Shown: one piece after another, positions 26,495-33,642 of the stretch | Numbering within the stretch: the first letter of the stretch is position 1 | Layout: the number at the start of each line of letters is the position of its first letter | Assembly (NCBI GenBank): GCA_013140635.1 | Contig: JABFSM010000063.1 | Location: forward strand, 1-60,920 | Length of the DNA: 60,920 nucleotides | Direction of reading: 5' to 3' | Source: Gemmatimonadales bacterium | GTDB lineage: Bacteria; Gemmatimonadota; Gemmatimonadetes; Gemmatimonadales; GWC2-71-9 | Notes under the pieces: model-generated | The model's input: the letters and a program-made list of their open reading frames with translations, nothing else | Databases searched by the model: none | What the model was told of the DNA's origin: nothing | Made by a program: the position numbers and the translations under genes

Positions 26495-27451
26495 ATGAGG
26501 CACCTCACGCGAGCGGTCCTTTTCCTGACCATTCCCGCATTGCTGTCCGCTCAGGAGGGCCGCCCACTGCCGGCCGGCGCCGAGGCATGGTCGCTGACCG
26601 GACAACCACTCGCCCCCCCTGCGCTGGCGGCAGATGTTCGCGAGGGACATGAACGGCGCCTTGCCATCGCAAAATTGGCGTTCGATCGTGCCCCCGGCAA
26701 CGCCGACAGCATCATCTGGCTAGGCCGCCGCACCGCCTACCTCGGCCGGTACCGGGAGGCGCTCGGCATCTTCACTCGGGGCATCGCGCTCCACCCGAAC
26801 GACCCGCGGCTCTATCGCCATCGGGGCCATCGCTATCTCACCGTGCGCCGGCTCGACGACGCGATTGCCGACTTGGAACGGGCGGCCAGCCTCATTCGGG
26901 CCAAGCCGGATGAGGTGGAGCCCGACGGCATCCCGAATGCGCGAGGCATCCCGACGAGCACCCTTCACTCAAATATCCGCTACCACCTTGGGCTTGCCCA
27001 CTATCTGAAGGGGGACTTCACTCGGGCCGCTTCGGTTTTCGCCGAGGATGTGACTGCCGCGCTGGCCACGAAAAATGTGGATATGCTGGTCGCCTCGAGT
27101 CACTGGCGGTACATGGCGCTCCGGCGTGCCGGACGCGGCGAAGAAGCTGCCCTGGTCCTGCGCCCCATCGTCCCGGAGCTTCCTGTTATCGAAAACGGGA
27201 GCTATCACCGACTGCTCCTGCTCTATAAGGGAGCGCTCTCAGCCGATTCACTCCTCGCGCCAAAGCCGGCATCGGGAACGACCGTCGAGGATGTCACCAT
27301 CGGCTACGGCGTCGGGAACTGGCATTTGTACAATGGGCGGGTACCGCAGGGACGGGCCCTTTTCGCCGAGCTCCTCCGCTCGCCCCAGTGGGCCGCCTTC
27401 GGATATCTCGCCGCGGAAGCGGAGGTGGCCCGGAGCGGCGTGAAACCCTGA
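26495..27451 (+). CDS. Secreted TPR-like repeat protein
   Basis: Signal MRHLTRAVLFLTIPALLSAQ. TPR-like helices (YLGRYREALGIFTRGIALHPNDPRLYRHRGHRYLTVRRLDDAIADLERA; YHLGLAHYLKGDFTRAASVF). Start moved from 26189, which overlaps the TetR gene. Confidence 0.65.
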   Translation: MRHLTRAVLFLTIPALLSAQEGRPLPAGAEAWSLTGQPLAPPALAADVREGHERRLAIAKLAFDRAPGNADSIIWLGRRTAYLGRYREALGIFTRGIALHPNDPRLYRHRGHRYLTVRRLDDAIADLERAASLIRAKPDEVEPDGIPNARGIPTSTLHSNIRYHLGLAHYLKGDFTRAASVFAEDVTAALATKNVDMLVASSHWRYMALRRAGRGEEAALVLRPIVPELPVIENGSYHRLLLLYKGALSADSLLAPKPASGTTVEDVTIGYGVGNWHLYNGRVPQGRALFAELLRSPQWAAFGYLAAEAEVARSGVKP

Positions 27452-27510
27452 TCGATTCCCAGTCCTGATCGATCACCAGTATTGACAATTCCCGCCGGCG
27501 ACACGAGGTT

Positions 27511-27528
27511 CTACTAAACATATAGTAG
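27511..27528. promoter_or_regulatory. Palindromic candidate BlaI-family operator overlapping a TATAGT -10-like hexamer
   Basis: CTACTAAACATATAGTAG has the form CTACTA-N6-TAGTAG. It ends 13 nt before the blaI-like ATG and just before the AAGGAG SD. TATAGT at 27521-27526 has GCGACA 17 nt upstream. Confidence 0.5.
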
Positions 27529-27540
27529 TAAGGAGCGGTT

Positions 27541-27921
27541 ATGGGCCTGCGGCTGAGCGAGCGCGAGCTCGATGTCATGGCCGTGCTCTGGGCACGGGGC
27601 TCGGGAACGGTAACCGAGGTGCGTGAGGCGCTCAGCGATCCGCTGGCGTACACCACCGTCCTTACCGTGCTCCGCACGCTGGAGGAGAAAGGCTTCGTGG
27701 GCCACGAGGAGGAGGGAAAGGCCCACCGGTACCGGCCTCTCGTGGCGCGGGAGCGGGCCGGAAAGAGCGCGCTCTCCCGGATGGTCGCCAAGTTGTTCGA
27801 TGGATCGCCCGAACTGCTGCTGACGCAGCTCGTCAGCGACCAGCACCTCTCTCCGGCCGACCTCCGGCGGCTCCGCCGAATCCTCGATGAGCGGTTGCGC
27901 GCCGGGGGAAATTCCCGATGA
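27541..27921 (+). CDS. BlaI/MecI/CopY family transcriptional repressor
   Basis: LSERELDVMAVLWARGSGTVTEVREALSDPLAYTTVLTVLRTLEEKGFVGHEEEGKAHRYRPLV. ATGA overlap with the next gene. Confidence 0.9.
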   Translation: MGLRLSERELDVMAVLWARGSGTVTEVREALSDPLAYTTVLTVLRTLEEKGFVGHEEEGKAHRYRPLVARERAGKSALSRMVAKLFDGSPELLLTQLVSDQHLSPADLRRLRRILDERLRAGGNSR

Positions 27922-29141
27922 TCGCCTCCTGGATGCTCTACGCGGCTCTCGTCGGAGTGTTGGTCACGCTGGCGGCGCTCGCCGCGGAACGTGCCCTGAC
28001 CGCGCTGGGGCGGCCGGTGCGGTGGGTCTGGGCCTTGGCGCCCGCACTCTGCCTGCTCATTCCCTGCCTATCGCATTACATCCCCCGCGGCGGGCTCGAA
28101 CTCACCGCCATCGAACGGGTGGTCGTGAGCGCGCGGGCGGCGCTCGCGTCGGCAGAGGTGCCGGGATACGACACGGGGCCGCCGGGCGCCCTGCTCGAGC
28201 GGGCGCTTCTGGTGGGATGGGGCCTGCTCTCGTTCGGCATTGCCCAGCTCCTGCTCTTTTCGTCGGCGGTCTTACAGGGGCGCCGCAAGGAATGGCGGCG
28301 CCAAACGGTGGAGGGGGTCGAAATCTTGGTCGCTCCCGGCTTCGGGCCGGCCGTTGTCGGCTGGCGGCGGCTCGAAATCGTGCTCCCGGAGTGGGCGCTC
28401 GAGTTGGCCGAGGATGCGCGCGGCCTGGTGGTGCGGCACGAACGGGAGCATGTCGCGGCGCGCGATCCCCGCCTTCTCATTCACGCGTTCTGCGTGGTGC
28501 TCGCCATGCCGTGGAATCCGGCGCTCTGGTACCAGTTCCGGCGGCTTCGTCGCGCCATCGAGCTCGATTGCGACGCCCGGGTCGTTGGCGGGGGAGCGGA
28601 TGTTGCACGTTATGGGGAGGTGCTGATTGCGGCGGGAGGGCTCTGCCGCAACGGCGGACTGCCGGCGCTCGCCTCTTTTGCGGAACGGAGCACCGATCTC
28701 GAGGCGCGGATTCGGGCCCTCGTGCCCAACCGAACCGGCCAGCGGGCACCGAAGGTGGCCGCGGCGATGAGCATCGCGGCAGCCCTTACGGTTGCCGCCT
28801 GCCTCCTCCCCGACCCGCTGAGTCAGCCATCCGCGGCGTTGGCGGACAATCTACCGGACGCCACGAGCTGGGCCCTCGGTCAACTCTCAAAGTCGCGGCA
28901 GAGCGTCATGGACAACGGAACGATCGCGTTCTTCCGAAGCGCGTCGGGTAAGCTGCTCGCTACCCGCCTCCTCCCCGGCAAAGGACGAGGAATGCCGGGC
29001 GGCCCGCCGGTCGATTGGCCGGAGCTTGCGGAAACCGAGATTGCCGCGGTGGAGGTCGTCAAGGGTCAAGAATTCGAAGGGCGAAACATCGGGATCATCG
29101 TCGTCACGCTCAAGCCGGGGGCGACGTTCAAGAGGCCGTAG
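27918..29141 (+). CDS. M56 family (BlaR1-like) membrane metalloprotease/sensor
   Basis: N-terminal TM helices, then zinc motif VVRHEREHVAARDP (HExxH). C-terminal part ends IAAVEVVKGQEFEGRNIGIIVVTLKPG, which is plug/TonB-C-like. Confidence 0.85.
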   Translation: MIASWMLYAALVGVLVTLAALAAERALTALGRPVRWVWALAPALCLLIPCLSHYIPRGGLELTAIERVVVSARAALASAEVPGYDTGPPGALLERALLVGWGLLSFGIAQLLLFSSAVLQGRRKEWRRQTVEGVEILVAPGFGPAVVGWRRLEIVLPEWALELAEDARGLVVRHEREHVAARDPRLLIHAFCVVLAMPWNPALWYQFRRLRRAIELDCDARVVGGGADVARYGEVLIAAGGLCRNGGLPALASFAERSTDLEARIRALVPNRTGQRAPKVAAAMSIAAALTVAACLLPDPLSQPSAALADNLPDATSWALGQLSKSRQSVMDNGTIAFFRSASGKLLATRLLPGKGRGMPGGPPVDWPELAETEIAAVEVVKGQEFEGRNIGIIVVTLKPGATFKRP

Positions 29142-29164
29142 CTACTCACGGGAGGAGTTCTCTC

Positions 29165-29365
29165 ATGCTATTCAGACGATCGTTCGCCGGCATACTCGGC
29201 GGCCTTGCCCTAGCAACTACGCTCGCAGGAGCACAGGCTCTCCCCACCTGGACCTTTACTCAAGAGCTCCGCATCGGCGACGAGGCGGACGGGCCGACGC
29301 TCTTTGCCGATCTCCGCGGGCTGCAGATGGACGGACGAGGCCGCCTGCCCCAGCGCTCAGGCTGA
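29165..29365 (+). pseudogene. 5' fragment (~60 codons) of a 6-bladed beta-propeller paralog, truncated by the island
   Basis: GGGAGGAG SD, then MLFRRSFAGILGGLALATTLAGAQA signal. ...TLFADLRGLQMDGRGRL aligns with the first blade of the paralogs at 37054, 39305 and 57039. Similarity stops near 29347. The stop TGA (29363-29365) is supplied by the IS terminus. Confidence 0.55.
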
Positions 29366-30211
29366 GCCTGCCTCGATTTGATGGACACCCTACCCGCCCT
29401 GATATTCATGGCACGGAGGTATCCGATGCCGACGTTTCGCCGAGCATTTAGTCCCGAGTTGAAGCTGGAAGCCGTGCGCCAAGTGATTGAAGGTGGTCGC
29501 TCGGCATCGCGCCGAGTACCTGCTAACCCTGATGTGCCGCGTGCTGGGCATCGCGCGCTCGGCGTTCTACGTCTGGCAACATCGGGGCCCCAGTGCGCAC
29601 GCGCAGACGGATGCGGCCCTGCGGTTGCGGATCGCCCCTCCCCACGAACGGAGCGATCGCAATTACGGCAGCCCGCGGATCGTGCGCGACCTGCGTGACG
29701 AGCAGTGCTTCGTCAGTCGGCGACGCGTCGCCCGCTTGATGGGTGAGCTCGGGCTCGATGACACGCCGCAGCCGCGCTTCGTCGTGACAACGCGGCCCGA
29801 CGCGGCCCTGCCGGTCGCGCCCAATCTCCTGGACCGGCACTTCGCCGTCGACGCACCCAACCGCGTCTGGGCCGCGGACGTGACATACTGTCGCACCGGC
29901 GAGGGCTGGCTGTACCTCGCGGTGGTGCTCGACCTCTGCTCGCGGTGCGTCGTCGGTCATGAGTCGTCGCGGGGATTGTTAGGACAATGCGGTGGTGGAG
30001 AGTTTCTTCGCGACGCTCAAGCGGGAATATGTACGGCAACATCGCTGGCCCACGCCGGCGAGTCTGCTGCTCGCGCTGGCGCGCTATCTCGATGGGTGGT
30101 ATAATCGCGAGCGGCGGCACTCGTCGCTCGGCTACGTCAGTCCGATCGTGTACGAACAGCAGCTCACCCAAGCTGTCTGACCCCGGTGTCCATTAATTCG
30201 AGGCAAGACCA
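29363..30211 (+). mobile_element. Internally deleted IS3-family element (849 bp) with intact inverted repeats and a 3-bp GGC target duplication
   Basis: Inner IR: 29370-29389 vs the reverse complement of 30185-30204 matches 18/20. Termini are TG...CA. GGC flanks both ends (29360-29362 and 30212-30214). The coding remnants are: orfA start MPTFRRAFSPELKLEAVRQVIEGG, joined directly to the orfB HTH (LTLMCRVLGIARSAFYVWQ); the rve start (PNRVWAADVTYCRTGEGWLYLAVVLDLCSR), joined to the C-terminus (DNAVVESFFATLKREYV...RERRHSSLGYVSP). At least two internal deletions. Confidence 0.75.
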
Positions 30212-30281
30212 GGCCGAAGCTACTCTGGCGGATTAGGCCACTCAAGTGCAATGCCATAGTGAAACCGCCAGGGCAGGTTCA

Positions 30282-30506
30282 CTAGGTTTTACTGCAAGAG
30301 ACCGAGCATTCATAGAAACCGGTTCCACATAGGTTGGGACTTGTGCAATGGTAGTAACTGGACCCCGAAATGGTGCATTTGCATCCGGCCTTACTTTGGG
30401 CTTCGACCTCCGCAGGCCGACCAGTTAGCGCCAAGATTCCTCCCAAGAACACGCCCAGCACACCATTGACAATCAGCAAGCGTCGAAATGAAAGGATCTG
30501 TGTCAT
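30282..30506 (-). CDS. Six-Cys leader peptide paralog A (74 aa)
   Basis: MTQILSFRRLLIVNGVLGVFLGGILALTGRPAEVEAQSKAGCKCTISGSSYYHCTSPNLCGTGFYECSVSCSKT. GGAGGG SD sits 9 nt upstream. Paralogous to B and C with identical Cys positions. Confidence 0.7.
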   Translation of the reverse strand: MTQILSFRRLLIVNGVLGVFLGGILALTGRPAEVEAQSKAGCKCTISGSSYYHCTSPNLCGTGFYECSVSCSKT

Positions 30507-30945
30507 TAAGTTCTGCCCTCCGCTTCATGAACTGGTGACCGATAGGATATCAGAACACCCATACCTAAGATACGCGCGCCGTTTCGTCAAGAGCCTTGTC
30601 AAGGCCCCGTGAGGTAAGACAAATGGCACCCGTGTGAAACTGAGGCAAAAGTGCCTCTACGGTCGGACAGGGGAGGCCCGCAAGGGCTAGTTTTCTCACG
30701 CACCTAGCGGCCCAAGACTGAGGAGGGCCGCCCTCACATCAAGCTTGAGTCTACCCCAGCAACTCCAACTGGGGCTACTTCTTAAGCCAGCGCAATCCCG
30801 CAATGGTGCTACTGGGCTCTGACATCGTAATGACATGGCTCGCTCTTCAGGTCTATTGACAGGCCATCGATAATATGTTAGGTAGGTTATGTACTATGTA
30901 CAACGTCCAAAGAATCAGCCGCCCATCACTCAAAGGGGGAGGACA

Positions 30946-31167
30946 ATGCCACAGGTTATGACGTTTCGGCGGCTAGCAATTGCCAACGGCGTACTGGGGG
31001 TTCTCCTGGGAGCAATCTTGGCACTCACTGGTCACCCGGCCGAGGCCGAGGCTCAAGGTAGCGGCGGCTGCAAGTGTACAATTTCGGGCAAGGGCGCCTA
31101 CGCATGCACAGTACCAAACGGCTGCTTCGCGGGCGCCTATAACTGCTCGGTGTCGTGCAAGACTTAG
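30946..31167 (+). CDS. Six-Cys leader peptide paralog B (73 aa)
   Basis: GGGGGAGG SD, then MPQVMTFRRLAIANGVLGVLLGAILALTGHPAEAEAQGSGGCKCTISGKGAYACTVPNGCFAGAYNCSVSCKT. Start moved from 30889. Confidence 0.7.
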   Translation: MPQVMTFRRLAIANGVLGVLLGAILALTGHPAEAEAQGSGGCKCTISGKGAYACTVPNGCFAGAYNCSVSCKT

Positions 31168-31380
31168 GGAGTGTGAAGGTTATGGCACCTGCCAAGACCC
31201 CGGTTTGGCATATGGGCCTAACTCGGTAGCACGGGGAGATTCGTACTGCTCTCTCGCGCCACGCCAGTACGCATCTCAGAGGGTTGTTGAGCAGTGCACA
31301 GCCGACCGGTGCGAATGTGTTGGTGGCTCAATTGCAAGAGGCTCGCTTGTGACCGTATCCACCTGAAGGAGGGTAAGACA

Positions 31381-31602
31381 ATGCGGCAAGTGCTTTCATT
31401 CAAGCGATTGGTTATTGCTAACGGCGCGCTCGGCGTACTTCTCGGAGGGATTTTGGCTTTGACCGGTCGCCCTGCGGAAGTCGAGGCCCAGGGTGGGGGG
31501 GGGTGCAAATGTACTATAACGGGCGCCAGCAAGTACTCCTGCGGCTCACCGAGTGCGTGCGCTGCCGGGTATTACCAGTGTTCAGTAACGTGTAAGACCT
31601 GA
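31381..31602 (+). CDS. Six-Cys leader peptide paralog C (73 aa)
   Basis: AAGGAGGG SD, then MRQVLSFKRLVIANGALGVLLGGILALTGRPAEVEAQGGGGCKCTITGASKYSCGSPSACAAGYYQCSVTCKT. Start moved from 31294. Confidence 0.7.
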   Translation: MRQVLSFKRLVIANGALGVLLGGILALTGRPAEVEAQGGGGCKCTITGASKYSCGSPSACAAGYYQCSVTCKT

Positions 31603-31681
31603 TGTGGCATTGGGAATCGTGGTGAGGTGACTTGAGGCGGCTGGCTGCAGTTCGATAGCTTTCGAAGAACGCGAGGCTCAA

Positions 31682-32836
31682 GTGCTTACTCATTCTCGCT
31701 CCATGCATCTTGCGGAGGGTCGAGGCTTTCAGTGGCCAACTCCATTGTCATCTCCCATACGACGAGGACCGCACCTCTCGCTGCGCGGAGCCCTGATAGT
31801 TGGTTCGTGCCTTGTACTTGGTGTTCAGCTATCTGCTCAAGCGAGCGTTCGCCTGGTGCCAACCGCAAGAACATCGTCAGACAAACTCGGCATGCTGACG
31901 GAGGTCACTGACGTCACGAGTGACAACCGAGGGGTCATCATACTGCTGGATGGACATTTGTCGCGAATCGTTGCCACTGACCACCAGCTCAAGCCACTTG
32001 CATACTTCGGACGACGAGGATCAGGCCCAGGGGAGTTCCGAGAAGCAGTCTCAATCCGGATGTTGTCACGTGCGCGGTTTGCCGTGCTTGATAGGGCCCT
32101 TCGCCGAGTAACGATTGTGGTAGTGAAGGACGGAGGTCGGTCACTTGTTCTTCAGCGAACAATTCCCCTCGGGGTAGCATCGGAGGCGATGTGTATCCTT
32201 CCCAGCGACGATATTCTGATCTATGGGTATGGTGCAGGCAAACGCTTGCACCTCTTTGGCATGGATAGCGGCCAGTTGCTGCGATCATTCGGGCCGTCGG
32301 ATTCCACCTCTTCACCCATGGCCCGGGACCTCGTTGCCACTGGCAGCATCTCGTGCGATGCCTCGCGTGATCAAGTTCTTGTCGCAAGTCGATTTCTCCC
32401 AGTGACTGAAGTGTTTCAAATCACTACGGGGCAGCGTGTCTGGGTGGATACGCTGCCGTTCTTTCGGCCCTTACGCGTGGAGGACGAGGGCACATCCGTT
32501 TCTCTCGTGAGCGGCCGCAGTGGCTATAGTCGAGTCTCGGGTGTGTTCGGGGTTGCGGGCTACCGCATATTTCAGACAAGGTATGACGCAAGGCAGGACC
32601 GGGCCACCATCGACACCATAGTGACTCATGTATATGCCATTCGTGAACGAGCCTGGATGCCACCAAATTTCCATGTACCACTCATTTTCCGTCTCGCTGA
32701 CACACTGGCATTATCAGTAGACGATGATGAGCGTATGGAATTGACGATTCAGATTAACAGAGTCACGCTCGCGAGCGGTGCGGGCGCAAGGGTCCTCCCT
32801 CGGAAGCATGAAACACCGCTCCGCAAACCGGACTAA
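31682..32836 (+). CDS. 6-bladed beta-propeller family protein (island copy)
   Basis: Hydrophobic N-terminal segment LRGALIVGSCLVLGVQLSAQA. The blade motif FGRRGSGPGEFREAVSI is shared with the chromosomal paralogs (GEGPGEF, GGGPGEY). Start may be GTG 31682 or ATG 31703. Confidence 0.6.
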   Translation: MLTHSRSMHLAEGRGFQWPTPLSSPIRRGPHLSLRGALIVGSCLVLGVQLSAQASVRLVPTARTSSDKLGMLTEVTDVTSDNRGVIILLDGHLSRIVATDHQLKPLAYFGRRGSGPGEFREAVSIRMLSRARFAVLDRALRRVTIVVVKDGGRSLVLQRTIPLGVASEAMCILPSDDILIYGYGAGKRLHLFGMDSGQLLRSFGPSDSTSSPMARDLVATGSISCDASRDQVLVASRFLPVTEVFQITTGQRVWVDTLPFFRPLRVEDEGTSVSLVSGRSGYSRVSGVFGVAGYRIFQTRYDARQDRATIDTIVTHVYAIRERAWMPPNFHVPLIFRLADTLALSVDDDERMELTIQINRVTLASGAGARVLPRKHETPLRKPD

Positions 32837-32850
32837 GGAGAACCTCTGTT

Positions 32851-33498
32851 ATGGTGGACCATCCCCAGGCGCGGCAGACTGTCGGGCGTGCTGTGGTGCT
32901 CATCGGAGTATTGGGTGGAACCATGTTTCTCTCTTATGGCCTCATGCGAGAGACCCGTAATGCCGCCCCCGGAGTTCCTGTCATACGAGCACCTGCGGAT
33001 ACATCGCGTCCGGCAATTCCCTTTGCATCAGGGAAGCACCTTGTCGCTTATATGCTCCTGTCAGCCGACTGCGGGTTCTGCACGGAGAAGGTTGCCAAGC
33101 AGGCGATAAGCCGGATCCGGGACTCTCTTCGCGCATCGCAAGAGAAGGCATTTGTCCACATATCGGTCGTGGCTGTGCTATTGGATGATGACATTCGCGC
33201 CGGCATCAAATACGCCGAGAGTCTGAACAGCGGCTTTGACGAGCTGAGTATCGGTGGAAGCTGGCTAAATGAGCATGTTATCAGACTGATCTGGCGAGAT
33301 GCTTTGGCGACTCCCCAGATTCCCCAAGTTCTCTTGTTTGAACGACCGGTTGACGCGAGCGCCTATCCGAGAAGTATCGACGTACAACGAGACTCACTGG
33401 TGTTGAGTGTAGCTGGACGCTCAGATCTCATCGATTGGGTGAATGCGGGCGCGCCGCTTGATTTTCGTCGCAAGAGACCTCTGGGCGTCCAGCCCTAG
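32851..33498 (+). CDS. Membrane-anchored thioredoxin-fold protein with CGFC active-site-like motif
   Basis: N-terminal TM VVLIGVLGGTMFLSYGL. HLVAYMLLSADCGFCTEKV is a CxxC at the start of a helix following a beta-strand. A later ...TPQIPQVLLFE could be the cis-Pro loop. Confidence 0.5.
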   Translation: MVDHPQARQTVGRAVVLIGVLGGTMFLSYGLMRETRNAAPGVPVIRAPADTSRPAIPFASGKHLVAYMLLSADCGFCTEKVAKQAISRIRDSLRASQEKAFVHISVVAVLLDDDIRAGIKYAESLNSGFDELSIGGSWLNEHVIRLIWRDALATPQIPQVLLFERPVDASAYPRSIDVQRDSLVLSVAGRSDLIDWVNAGAPLDFRRKRPLGVQP

Positions 33499-33642
33499 TG
33501 TCATGTGATATTTGCCACCATGCTGATGACACGCGGATCTGTCGGCACATCACGTGAATTCCATCACCCTCGCGATCGTGGCCAAGCCGACCGACCAACG
33601 CCTTCCGCCCAAAGGGAGCAGGCCGCTTCTCGGTACTAGGCA

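Noticed and set aside
30856-30861. Consensus TTGACA upstream of peptide B as a possible -35 box.
   Set aside because: No acceptable -10 hexamer at 16-19 nt spacing (TAATAT is only 9 nt away, and TAGGTA at 17 nt is poor), and promoter rules for this lineage are uncertain.
31242-31271. 7-bp stem (CGTACTG/CAGTACG) with a 16-nt loop between peptides B and C, as a possible terminator or attenuator.
   Set aside because: Short stem, large loop, no U-tract. Too weak to call without transcript data.
30282-31602. Whether the three similar ~220-bp units could be a CRISPR-like or non-coding tandem repeat.
   Set aside because: The units are on both strands, separated by 210-440 bp of unrelated sequence, each preceded by an SD and an ATG, and they diverge mainly at synonymous positions. 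They are protein-coding paralogs, not a repeat array.
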